Source: Laetmonice hystrix
Taxonomy: Eukaryota
Direction of reading: 5' to 3'
NCBI GenBank assembly: GCA_965235115.1
Contig: OZ249452.1
Span: 13,516,001-13,580,000 of the forward strand
DNA: 64,000 bases
Positions 1 to 12,790 of this stretch are shown here, piece after piece. The position numbers and the translations under genes are program-made. Under the pieces are notes generated by a model. It saw only the letters and a program-made list of their open reading frames with translations. It searched no databases and had not been told where the DNA came from. Positions within the stretch are counted from its first letter, which is position 1. Every line of letters starts with the position of its first letter.

Positions 1-103
1 CTGCATGTGGCACGGCCTCCAGACAAAGATACCATCCGCCGATGATAGGGACTATGTGGCTCTAGTCATCCTGGTGGGAATATATCTTCTCTACAACTTG
101 CAG

Positions 104-590
104 TTCTTCCTCAGGATACTGTTGGTGGTAAGTGAGTTCTTCCTCAGGATACTGTTGGTGGTAAGTGAGTTCTTTCTCTGGATGCTGTTGGTGGTAATTG
201 AGTTCTTTCTCAAGATACTGTTGGTAGTAAGTCAGTTCTTTCCAGGATACTGTTGGTGGCGAGTCAGTTCTTTCTCTGGATACTGTTGGTGGTGAGTCAG
301 TTCTTTCTCAGGATACTGTTGGTGGTATAAGTGAATTCTTTCTCAGGATACTGTTGGTGGTAAGTGAGTTTTTTCCTCAGGATACTGTTGGTGGTAAGCG
401 AGCTCTTTCCCAGGATATTGTTAGTGGTAAGCGAGTTCTTTCTCAGGATACGGTGGCGAGACAGCTCCTTCTGAAGATACTGTTAGTGACGAGTCGGTTC
501 TTCCCCCGAATACTGTTAGTGGTAAATCAGCTCTTTCTCATTATATTGCTCGTGGTGAGTCAGTTCGTCCTCGGGATACTGACGGTGGTA
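104..590. repeat. 33-bp minisatellite (consensus GTTCTTTCTCAGGATACTGTTGGTGGTAAGTGA), degenerating toward the 3' end
   Basis: About 14 visible units. The ORFs 5-295 and 354-599 are translations of this repeat. Confidence 0.9.
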
Positions 591-3500
591 GGCAAGTAGT
601 GAAAGCATGAAGGGTACGACTGCAGGTTGTCTAAAAACAGTAATAAGACACAGAATTATTGTGATAGAAGGACTTTGAGCTGGTTGAGGATAGAGGAGGT
701 GTAAAGTTGATTTTTCATGAAGAACTTCCTGATAATGAAAACCTGAGCTTCATGACCTGGCGACACCGTCGCTGTCCTTGTAGTTAAAGACAACTGAGAG
801 ATCGTCATACTTCCATAACTGTTTCAGGAAACAAAATATTTTGAACGTAGTTATAGGGGCCTATAGTAGAAAATATTTTAATCAAGAATTAGCAAAAAAA
901 CCTTGCAGCTTAACCAATATTTTCCGTTTTCTTCGTATAAATTTCAGCCTTACAGAACACGTCGCCACTTGAAGAAATTGGAAGCGAAATACACGGTTAG
1001 TAAAAATACTTGCTCTTTCGAGGTCAGATCAGCATAGAATCATTATGTGCAAGCCAACTAATACATTTATCTTCCTTTAATTTGCTACCAACAATCAACA
1101 TAATCCAAACACGTATTTAAAGTCCTTTTTCGTATTTTAATAATACCACTTTTAGGTCTTCATAGAATGATTCAGATATTATTCCGAACCTTATTGTTAC
1201 TACTTAGGCATGTGTTATGAATTTCCGCTGTCAATGTGTTCAATGTTTACAGATTTGGTTTTCGCTTCATGTCTTATCAACAAATAATTATTTCTATTTT
1301 CTTTTTTAGAAAACAGTCGAGACACAGGCCTTAAAGAAGGCTAGCGCCCAAAGCTCTTGTGTTACACTTTACAATACCAAACAAGATCAACACGCATTAC
1401 TGATCTAGCATACATGTAGGGAACTCCTGCTTCTTGCCTCATGCGTACAGATTAGCTGTTTTGCTGGCACCTTGCCTCTCATATAGGTCTCTCATATACT
1501 GTACATACTGCCTTACTGCATATCCAGCCAGTGTTTTTGTGAACGGCACTGTATCAGCACAAAAAGGCAAAACTGCTAATCATGTACTTCTGTCTATATG
1601 CTTCTGCTTGCTATTGATACATAGTTCTTGAACCCCGGTTCAACTCAACAGGGAATGTCCACCGGGCGAGAACAGGGTACATACGAGCTCTCCTATTGGT
1701 TGCCTGCTTAGATGGCGTAAAGGTCAAACACCCATGACGTCATTATTCTTTGTGTACTTTGCGGCGTGGCCTATACAAAGCAAAGTAGTTCATGAGCATG
1801 CCTGTAGAAATCGTAGTAGCATTTAGTGAGTCATGTCTATCATTAGCCATTATTTACTACAAGGTCCCAACTCCACGTGGAGGTTGTATCCAATACATGA
1901 CCCTGCATAAGAAGAGAGAAAACGCTTAGAGAGTATTAAAGTCTGCGTCTTTCTTTAAGGCTCCTTATATGGCATGCATCTGTATTTGGCCGCGAATATT
2001 TCTAGAGATTACACGGTACTTTTAATGAACACACTTTAGACATTTCTTTCATTTAGTCGAGGTAAAAGGTTGGTCTTGAAACACTAAATCAACTTTCTGG
2101 TATATCATAAAGCCCCCCCCCCCCCCCAATCGAGTTACACAGCTTGGTTTAGAACTAATTGGCCAAGTCAGCGTGTCTTTTTGGTAATTATATATTAGAA
2201 ATCTTGTTCTTCATTCACGCACACATCTTCTATATTCATCTACATGATTTCTCTCAGATTGTGACAGACATGTTTTGTTTCCAGGAAATGGTTCAAACAC
2301 AAGCAGTGAAGAAAGCCAGCGTGAAGGACGTCAGACTCTCGGCTATTTATGACGATGTATGAAGAGGCGTCCTCTATCGGACAAACTCGGCATTTTGGAA
2401 TTCATATCAAAATCCTGTTTGAATTACTGTGAGCCTTGTGTTGTAAGGCCGATTACGCAGAGACGAGGAGCTTTGATTTAACAGAGTGGATTTTTTTGGT
2501 GACCTTGTGGTCGGCGTTTGAGAATATGACAGATGACTATTAGTCTAAATATCTTCAATGAATCCAACAAGAAAAGAACGTCTTATATTGCTGCTTTTGG
2601 TGCCCAATGTGCATGCGTTTGACATCATGCTATAAACCAGTTATCAGATTGTAATTGGCGTTTGCTCCTTGTATAATGTGCAGTTAGGCCTACTTCTAAT
2701 TCGAATATGACTCACATCGCATACGATTAAACAAACAGATAAAACACCCACACCCATGCACACACACCCATCAGCCAGGTTTGTTGGGGGGGGGGGGGTC
2801 TGCAGGGCCGTGCCCAGAGATTGGTGCAGGGGGGGGGGGTTAGCACCCCAAGCACCCCCCCCCCCGGTACGCTACTGAGGGAAGCGCCCAATCCCTCCGA
2901 CCCCCCCCCCCCCCCCCCGGCTTGTGCCCCCCCCCCTTTCTGTTTCATTCAGTCCAGTTTTATGATAATTTCTCATTGGAATCCAGCTGCGCCCCCTTCT
3001 GGCGCTAATTGAGACTGAGTGACTTCACTTTCTGAAACCATCGCGGGCTGTCCCAATATACAGCCGAATCGGAGTGGAAACGATCGAGGAGGACAGCGGA
3101 GTCGTATTTTCCCATGCTATTTTTTAAATGCTTTTACATCGCTTGAACCTGAAATTTTCACATGGTCCGTAAGATATCCTGCATTTGTGGACAGGCCTTT
3201 AGACGATACATGTGTAACCATGTGTAACCAGGGGGTTCGAGGGTTTCGAACGAACCCCCTTTTGTGGGGCACTACAAAATGACCCCATGTCCAACCCACT
3301 GTTCAAGCTGCTTTCTTAGGCAGACCCCCCCCCCCTTGGAAAAAGGGGGGGTGGCCCCCAAATAATCGTATGACTTATAAAAACTTATTATGGCTTACGA
3401 GATTGTACATTAACTAGTATCTATATACATGTATGCATGGGGTAATCAGGACCCTGATTTTTATGTGTTGGTTTTTATCCAAACGTATTTTCCTTTGGCC

Positions 3501-3873
3501 TGATGCTGTATAAATGACCTCTATCATCGAGAATAGGCCGTACAAAGATTATGCAGGTCGGCTCCTCAAACACTTTTATAATAAAATCATTATAATATAG
3601 GCAAAGATCTTTGATATAGGCCCCGATATGAATCAAAATGGGATAAGAAAAAACCGATGGCCCTCTCGCCCTGAGATTCTGACTGAGCCAGTCCCTGTCC
3701 TGTAATTGTTCGAGGCTATAGGTGGTTGCACGGGTGGTTTCTGTTCTAAATAGATCATATTTCTGTCGATCTAAAAATGGTTTTCCAAGAAGGGCCTTTT
3801 CGAAATCGAATACGCTCATTGGTCACTTTTGACATATCTCGCTCCCATATAGACTTATTATCCAATCTATAGG

Positions 3874-6054
3874 CACTGGGGGATCCAGGAGGGGCCCAAG
3901 GGGCCCGGGCCCCCCTTAAATTTTCCTTTCCCCAACCTTTTTTTAAAGAAGATGCATTATTCGGACCCTGAAACCAGGATTCCAACAAAATTCTTTTAAA
4001 AAAGCCTCCTTATTGTACGTGATAGTAACATCGGGCCCAAAATTAGGGCCTCCTTCCAGGAGCAACATAGGTGGGTCATTCCATGTCAAATCGACCAATT
4101 TTGGAAAATCTTCCCGGGGGACCATCTTCGATTTTTTTCAAATTTGGCATGCCGTTAGACCTGTGTATTTGCAGTACAATCCTAAAATTTTGATCTAAAA
4201 TACCCAACGGTCTCCGAGTTACACCCCGATAAGCGAGGGTGGGGGTACCCCTGAACAAAGGACGTTTAATTCTGAGCCGTTTTTAGAGGGCTACCATTCA
4301 GAAACTCTAATAGCTGGCAACTTGTATTTTTCCCCACTGAAACTTCAATATGTAGAGACCAGGAAAAAGCAATAACATTTTATTTCTTTGCTTATTCCTT
4401 GGAGCACCATGCCCCCCAAAATAGAAAAAAACACATCGAAGAAAAAAAAATTCAATATTCAAACATTTTTCATGCGAAGGTTATTTCTTGTAACTTCTTG
4501 ATCTTTGGGGATTTGATTTATGGCTATATAAGGTGCATGTAGACACCAAAATAATCTGCCAAAAATAGACACAGGTGGCGCCACTAGTGGCCAAAGTTGG
4601 CCGATCGCTAAATATGACCCATTTTGAGAGGCCATTTTACCTATGTTGCCAAGGTGGAAGAGCGTTGGGATATTTTTTCCTTAATAGTGCACATTTTTGC
4701 CATTAACAAAAACTAAGTCGCTTATCCCTTCCATACTTCCTTCTCTGTCAAATAATTTTTCAAATAATATCCTTTTGAGTAAAGTTCACGCTGTGACGGG
4801 ATATGAGGTACGTTATTTTTATATCATAAAATTTTTATTATTTGCCAAAGAATTCTTGAAAGTGGTAAATATCCTAAACTGTTGGTCTTTTGTAGATTTT
4901 TGTCTTTAAATTAATTAGTTAATTAATTAATTATAAATAAATTTATTTTAATTAATTAATTAAATTAATTAATTAAATTATTGATTTAATAACTTAAAAT
5001 CATAAAATATAATAATATAAAATAAAATATAAAAATAAATGATAAATTTATTCATAATTAATTAATTACTTAAATAATTAATTTAAATACAAAAATTTTC
5101 AAAAGACCAACAGTTTAAGTTATTTACCACTTTCAAGAATTCTGTGGCAAATAATAAAAATTTTATGATATAAAAACAATGTACCTCGTATCTCCTCACA
5201 GAGTGAAATTTACTAAAATGGATATTATTTGAAAAATTATTTGACAGGGAAGGAAGTATGGAAGGGATTAGGGACTTAGTTTTCTTTAATGTCCAAAATG
5301 TGCTTTATCAACGAAAAAATATCACAATGCTCTTCCACCTTGGCAACATAGGCAAAATGGCCTCTCAAAATGGGTCATATTTAGCGATTGGCCAACTTTG
5401 GCCACTAGTGGCGCCACCTGTGTCTATTTTTAGAAGATTATTTTGGTGTTTGCATGCACCTCATATACCCATAAATCAAATCCCCAAAGATCAAGAAGTT
5501 ACAAGAAGGAACTTTTGCATGAAAAATTTTTGAATATTGAATTATTTTTTCTCCGATGTGTTTTTTTCTATTTTGGGGGGAATGGTGCTCCAAGGAATAA
5601 GCAAAGAATTAAAATGTTATTACTTTTTCCTGGTCTCTACATATTAAAGTTTTAGTGGGCGAAAATACAAGCTACCAGCTCTTATAATTTCTGAATGGCA
5701 GCCCTCTAAAAACGGCTCAGAAAAAGAAGCGTTTTTTTCAGGGGTACCCCCACCCAAACTCATGGGGGTATAACATGGGAACCGTTGGGAATTTGGAAGA
5801 AAAATTTCAGAAATGTACTTCAGATATATAGATCTAACTATATGCCAAATAAGAAAAAAATTGGAGATGGTCACCCGGGAGCCACTGGTCGATTTGACAT
5901 GGAATGACCCAGGTGTAACTCTGGGCCATGCAGCATTTAAATAGCCCAAAAGGGGCCCAAAATGGCCATAATCACAATAAAATCATGCCGAGCGTAGCGA
6001 GGCTAAATTTTCTTTAGGTGGGCCCCCCTTATCAAAATCCTGGATCCCCCACTG
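3874..6054. mobile_element. Short non-autonomous TIR element (CA[C/G]TGGGGGATCCAGGA ends, 6-bp TSD TATAGG), interrupted by a 1.8-kb insertion
   Basis: Left end CACTGGGGGATCCAGGA at 3874; right end TCCTGGATCCCCCACTG ends at 6054. TATAGG directly flanks both ends (3868-3873, 6055-6060). About 340 bp once the insertion is removed. Confidence 0.75.
4073..5910. mobile_element. Fold-back non-autonomous DNA transposon, Sola2-like (GGG termini, 4-bp TSD AGGT)
   Basis: 25-bp perfect TIR GGGTCATTCCATGTCAAATCGACCA at both ends, with AGGT at 4069-4072 and 5911-5914. Diverged ~830-bp inverted arms flank an extremely AT-rich (TTAA)n-like core at ~4905-5095. No transposase ORF. Superfamily is inferred from termini and TSD only. 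Confidence 0.8.
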
Positions 6055-6374
6055 TATAGGCCTATGTTTATTATGTCGTCGCCGACGTCCCATAGAAGTT
6101 CAACAGCTGCGAAGAGTTTATGTTAATTAGCGTCCAGTTTATGCATCCTTTTCGACTCGAGGTTGACAACAAACGCTTCGAAAGGCTTCGAAAGGTGCAT
6201 GCCTGACGTCAGCAGTGCGTACTGGTGTGGAACGCTTCGAACACAGCGATGGCCTGCGGCGACCCCGGGTTCGCGCCTTTTTTAAGTGGGTCCTGGGCGT
6301 GCGTGTTGACAGCGCTGCACACCGACAGGCACATGTAGGCTACACCAAGGGGATGGGAATATGTTTTGTTTTAA

Positions 6375-6909
6375 AGGGGCATATTATGAGGAAACGTTAA
6401 AAATCAGTATTTCATAGAACTTTTGCTGTTTTCATAAAGAGATCCTTCATCAAAATTGCTTAGTAAACAAAGACAGACTTATCAGTTTCATTTTGCGTGA
6501 GAAATCGAAGTTTATTAAGCTCCCTTGCCCGCTTCTCTGCCGATTTCGTAAAATATTTTTTGGGTGGCATTCTTTATTCTGATGCCGGGCGATCGAGTGC
6601 CACTGCTGAATTGTTTACAACTAAGCAAAGCACGTGACTAAGCACATGCAGAGCGTGCACACACAGGATGTGACACAGTATGCAATTACACGGGTTGATG
6701 ATGGGTTGTCCGCCAAATTATGGCGGGAGATGTGCTATCGGGAGAAATCTATAGGTTTGGTCGTATAGAACCTACTTGTGCTGCATACGCAGCGAAAACA
6801 CGTCGGAGGACAAAATGCTGTGGTAGGAATATTTACTTGAATCCCTAGTACACGGTCATATTGGATAATTGCCGGAAATCCTCAAAAACGTGTTTCATAG
6901 CATGCCCCT
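6375..6909. mobile_element. Kolobok-like non-autonomous element, copy 1 (TTAA TSD)
   Basis: TTAA|AGGGGCATATTATGA...TCATAGCATGCCCCT|TTAA. Closely similar second copy at 21622-22159. Confidence 0.8.
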
Positions 6910-7235
6910 TTAAGGTTCATTCCAAGCAACGTCTCTATTCTGAGGGAAGCCATAGCTGTACTTCAACTTTCTCCCGAAGAAAATACAAAAGTAGGCTATA
7001 TGCATGCTTGTTATGAAACCAAAGTCTCTCGAAAACAAGTCCTGACATATGCTTACGGTTACAGAAACATGATTTTACTTACTCGGGCCGAAATATTATG
7101 ACGGCAACCCGGTCCCCGCTCGTTCCCCGCATGACACCCCCCCCCCCCCCCCCCCCAAGACGCATGCCGCGCACCTGTTGCGCTGCCAATTAAAACTAAT
7201 GGTAGTTTCCCACGAAATCGGCGTACGGCAGGGAT

Positions 7236-9271
7236 CACTGGCTACACACTGATCATCGTAACGCGCGTTACGCTGATCCAAGATGGAGGAAGGCAGGTCT
7301 CGCTTCAACTAAAACTAGGCGTATTTCAAGCAGTTCCGCGTCTCTGATTCATCTGTAAGACGTCAGAGTTGTTTATTGTAATAGTGGCATCATGTTTGGT
7401 GAACCTCGGCGCCTGAGATTGCCTAGAAATCTCAAAAATCGCTCCGAAAATTTTCGCTGTGATACCCGTAACGCGGACAAGCATGTTGACAAATGATACC
7501 CGTAACGCGAATTATTGATACCCGTAACGCGACTCATTGCTGGTTAGCCAGCCATTCACTCGTAAGCTGTACTGCCTTTATTCTTCGTCTTTCAAGTAGA
7601 AAAACCATTCTCACCAGTTTTCGTTTGAAGGTAATTTAATTGTTTGTGTTATTTGAAATCTTGTGCAGGTTGTGGCAGAGTTTTGACAGTTTAATTTCAT
7701 GTAGAACGGAGTACGTTAGCGGTAGCCACGCTCGCAAACGCGAATATTTCCAGCCTGTGGCGAGTTCGTGGTTCCACTGCCAAAATAAACCACCAAATTC
7801 GCCACGCCTGCAAATTCCAGCTGTCTCCAGTTTATAGCCCAGGTCCTCCCCCCCCCCCCCTCCCCCATGCACGCCTGATCCACCACTGACTGTGGTTGGA
7901 GCACGTGTGTCGGTGTGACATGTGGGTGGTCAGAGACCAGGGTGACCGACCCACCCGACCCGGTCTCTCCGCCAGGCCAGCCCGGCCGCCCGTAGGTAGA
8001 TCTATGCGTCTGTTCCCCCTAGTCTACTACGGACTACCCCAGGTCAGGCCGGCCCTCAGTACTGGCCCGTCTCCCCGGCCTGGGTCCAGTCCATCTGGGG
8101 TGAGTTTATGACAGATGCCAGTCAGCCTGTAGGAGTAATATAGGCCTAGTTTAATCTATACCGATTACCTGGCAGGCTGAGTGTACCAGGAGAGGACAGG
8201 CGACACATAGCATGGCTGAGGTCACATGGCATGAAGGTGGGGAGGCAGCTCGGCCGCTCAGTACGGGGGTCGGGGGTGTGAGGGGTGGGGGCTGTCAGGG
8301 GGGGGGGATCGCTGTGATGAGAGGGTATTATAGCCTAGGTACCCGTCAATTTGGGCCAGGCCTCCTCTGAGGTGTAGGTGTACTGTACTGGATCCCAATA
8401 TTCTTGCTGCTCAAGAGGGCCACTTGTGTAGAGTTATCCCCCCAAAACGTTCACTAGGCCTACACACAGCTGGCAAATGAAAGTACATGTACTTTATATT
8501 ATACAGAGAAATTAAGACTGTATAATACATGTATAATGAACTCTGGTTACCTAAATAAAAAACATTACAACAACTGTGGCTAAAACTTTTTCCCTGTGGC
8601 TAGTTCTTTTCCTCAGTTGTTAGCCACTGTGGCTAATACCCAAAATTCACTAGCGTACTCCCTGTCGGAGGAGTCAGGGTGCTCTACCCCGGGGTACTGG
8701 GGAAGGACAAAGCATCTCGATCTCTCATGGTGCCTGCCAGGCATGTCTTAGATTCGTGACCCCGCCCTGGGGTCCACACACACTCTGTATGGTAACACCT
8801 ATAGTATAGTATAGTATCACACACGCTGTTAATCCGGGCCCTATTATATAGGTACGTGTACCTCATGGTTTTACCTTCATACTGAAGTAGATAATGCTCA
8901 TTACAAAGTTGAGATTCATTATCAGATCACGAGCCGATGTTGAAAACCTTTAGGCTCAGTGAAAGGTTTAGGTGCCGCGTTACGCCTATCCTGTCACCAA
9001 ATTAAACTTGCGTTACGGGGATCAGCGCTGCGCGTTACGGGTATCATCGCCAAATCTTCTGCGTCCATTCTCTCTTAATCTACGCCCGTCTAGGACCCCA
9101 AACTGAGACAAACGGCAGGCACACATTGTTATCATGATATTCAGATGTTGTTTTATGTTGTTGATGCACCGTAGCCCTTGTAACTTGAACAAAAACACGC
9201 GAAGCGAGCATCGGGATCGTCCATCTTGGATCATCGTAACGCGCGTTACGATGATCAGTGTGTAGCCAGTG
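7236..9271. mobile_element. Unclassified non-autonomous TIR element with CACTGG ends and ~52-bp TIRs
   Basis: TIR CACTGGCTACACACTGATCATCGTAACGCGCGTTACG(C/A)TGATCCAAGATGGA (51/52 match). AGGGAT flanks both ends (7230-7235, 9272-9277). Subterminal GATACCCGTAACGCG repeats lie at ~7463-7531 and, inverted, at ~9010-9046. Confidence 0.8.
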
Positions 9272-12200
9272 AGGGATGGTGCTAAAGTTTTGGTGGAGGT
9301 CTGAGAACTGGGACTCGGGGTTAGCATTATAGATTTGGGGCTAGGCGTCACGAGGGGGGGGGGGCAAGGGGGCATATCCCCCCTGGAAAATATGAGAAAA
9401 AAATGTATTAACCTAACGTGTATTAAAATTAACGTGAAACGCCTATGTGATTGGCTCCACCCTCCGTATCAGGTCGTCTTCCGTTTAAATACCGATTAAC
9501 GCCAGTTATCTGATGGCATCTCAAAATGTACTCAGCACGTAACGGAGGGGTGCAGCCCCAGTAACCGAACCCCCGCTTAAACCCGCCAGTTAACGGAGTT
9601 GTAATTCTGTCAAAGATGTAGACCTCTATACTACTGCTACCCTCCCGGTCCAGTTATACATGCAAAAATAATCCCCGGCTTCCTATAATTTGTTTTTGGG
9701 GAAATACACAGTATTCATTAGTGCTAGACCCCTGACCCCTGGCCATCATAGGTTAAAGGATTCCCGGACTGAGCATCAAAATTAATTAACCTACCATTAC
9801 AAAAAAAAATCTTTAAATAGAGATAAATATTTAATTATCTCTGGCTAAATTTCAGTAAAATTAAGACTATCTGAGAGGCCATCTAGGCCTTTTTAGCCCA
9901 TTCTAGTCCAAAGTTGCCTTTGGGTTGCACGACTGCGTATCAAATTATCGAGCGGCCCTTTAAGAGAAAGCATGCGCCAGACATTGAATATATAGTTATG
10001 TCTGAAAAAACAGCCACCGGCACGCTTCGGAACCTGTCAATCATGTCAATGCGCCACTCAAAGCCCCGCCCCGCAGCATCCAGCATCCCCGCTGATTGGA
10101 TGATTCCCCGAAAGGCGCGCTTTTGGAGGTGCAGGTGTCCCGGGGCAGCCCGCATCCCTGGCGGTTTCTATAATTCGGCGGAGTGCGGGCAGCGGGCTTG
10201 GAACAGGTGTCAAACCGATCACCATCAGACACTACAGTCCGCCCGCACTCAACAAGACAATGTAAGATTATAACACATTATATGATAGCCCTAATTAAGA
10301 TGACCATGTTGGGGTCTTTTAGAGTTAAGTTGATCAACTTTTGATCTAGGTTTAAGGCGATCGGACGTGAGGAGCGACGAAATCCCGTTCACTGGATTGT
10401 TTAATTATCTTAGCCATCACTGGGCCTGAAGTGATTTGTTCAAAGAGTCCAAGCACTTGAAAGTGAAAGCAAGCATGGCCAGTATCTGCATTTTCGTCAG
10501 TTCAGTCAACAGATTATTGTACATAAAAGTTTATCCCACTGTGGCACTCTAGCCTGAACGAGAATAAATCGTTGAGGCGGCAGAGATGCGAGCGCTCGGT
10601 GCCGCTCATCCCCCACCCCCACCCCGCTCCCGCTCGCCCGGCCGTGCGGCGGGAGACGGGACAGTGGCCCGGCCAAACCATGCAACACTCACCGCTTAGG
10701 TGATGCTCGGCTACGGCCAGTGCTTTTGGCGCCCAGTTGAGGGTCAAAGGAATCTTGCAGATCAACTTAACGCTCGGTGCCGTCCACCCCGCCGACGCGG
10801 GACCGTGGCCCGGCCCAGTACTCTCCGCTCAGGTGATGGTCGGGCCACGGCCTGTCCATGGCGGGTCGGATGGCCTATGTGCAGGGATAGGGGCGTCTAT
10901 GTCAGTAGCGTACGGCACTGGGGGGGGGGGGGGGGCTGGTGTCCTGTTCTCTAATTTTAATTACAGTAAGTCAATTGAATGGGAATGGGAGGGGGGCGCT
11001 CAAGTCACGACAGCGCTTCCATAGATTTGAAGCGCCACTGTAAGTAGTATATCAAGTTTGGGGCTCAAACCCCAGATACTCTGGATTTTTTTCCCAGACA
11101 GTTTTACGATCACCCCCTGGGACTCGGGGTTACAAAAAATTCCCATCACTGAACCTTAAACATCAACCTTAAAACAATGGATTGCCACCTCATAGTGTTT
11201 CAAGATTATTAACACTTTTTGAAATAAAATCCACTTTTTATATTCTTTTTGGTGCTATACTTTGTCAAGTGTAGAAATAGATGGAGTAGCTGCTGTGTTA
11301 ACTTTGTGTTTTAAACTTTTGACTCAAGCTTTTAACAGACTAATGACATACCCCTATTGTTTTGTGGACAGGTGCCAAGATCTGGAGAAGTAGTGACGGA
11401 GTTTGGCGTTCTTGGTTCTTCAGCGTTGGAGTTTGGTTTCTTCATTAAGAAACACAAAGCTAAGTTTGTATAATTTATACCACACCCCTGTACTGGTCCT
11501 CTTCATTGAGCGACCATGCCCCCCATCAGTCTTAGATTAGTGTAGATATTTTAGATTTAAAGTGAGGGTACTTGCTGCCTGTAAATGTTGCAGCAAGCAA
11601 GGCATGGTTTTGCCATAGAGGCCTGTACAGGTGCTCTCTTCTATCTGGTATAGTATTATATTAGGGACATGGTTATGTATTAGAGTAGCAACGATAGGGT
11701 AGGGTTTTCATTTCTCAACAGGGGCCTGTACTGACCTCTTAATAGTCAGTCAGAGAGCAGGCCATGTATGCATAGGGGAATCGGGGGGGGGGGGGGTGTT
11801 CAGGGGATTCAACCCCCATGGCAACGATTTTTTCCCCATACCACTTTCTGAATTGACTATGTTGACCCGCCCCTCTTTGCACATTCTACCCCTGAATCCC
11901 CCCCCCCCCCCAGCAAAATCCTGGATCCGCCCCTGGTGTAGCAATTATATAATATACGATGGGCACAGATGTTGCACATCAAGGTTGTTGTGAGCAAGTT
12001 GAACTTGCAGCTTATCTAAAGCATTAGCTAATGTAATTTTAATCATTTTTGTTCTGGTTGGAGTAAAAACATTTGCACTAAGATACATGTGTATCCATTC
12101 TCCCAAGACCCATTGACCCTCAAGATCACTTGCAAATTTTTTATATAGGGTCCAGTACAGGGCCTCTGCTTTCATATAGATTATCAAAATAAGACCTTTG

Positions 12201-12304
12201 TCCCCATAGAGAGGCCAGTACAGGCCCTATTTGTAATTTAAAATTTGAAATGGAAATAGTGATCTGGGCCTACCCCAGAATCAGATGGTCAAAATGCTAA
12301 TGGA

Positions 12305-12790
12305 ACTACTTCACAGAGTGGGTATGATTCTTTTTTTTATTTTTTTTAAATTTAAAATTAGAGTGGGTATGGTTCCACAGAGCTGGAATGAATGCACGCT
12401 TCCACAGAGCTGGAATGAATGTTTGCTTCCACATAGTGGAAATGAGCACATAGTCCCACACACGGAGTGGGAATGCCCCCACGGAGTGGGAATGCCCCAC
12501 AGATTGGGAATGGCCCACGGAGTGGGAATGGAAACATATTCCTACTGAGTCAATACTTGCACAAAGTTGGCATACTTCCACACAGTGGGAAAGACAGCAT
12601 ACTCTCACACATTGAGGATAGCTGCCCACAGGGGGTATACTAGCCCCACATATTGGAAAAGAATACTCCTACGCAGTAGGGACACACCTCAAGAGTGGGA
12701 ATGAAGATATATTCCCACTTCCACACAGTGGGAATGAGCACTTGTGCCCACACAGTGGAAATACTCCCACATTTTCTCTCAGACAGTGGG
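12305..12790. repeat. Degenerate repeat cluster of CACA(G/C)AGTGGGAATG-like motifs
   Basis: Many imperfect copies of (C)CACACAGTGGGAA and GAGTGGGAATG. Confidence 0.6.

Noticed and set aside
7236-9271. RAG-like/Transib transposon
   Set aside because: The ends are CACTGGC rather than a CAC(A/T)(A/G)TG-type heptamer, there is no symmetric 5-bp TSD parse, and no RAG1 or transposase coding remnants are visible.
12580-12790. CACAGTG heptamers as RAG recombination signal sequences
   Set aside because: No ACAAAAACC nonamer at 12/23-bp spacing; the heptamers are part of a local degenerate repeat.
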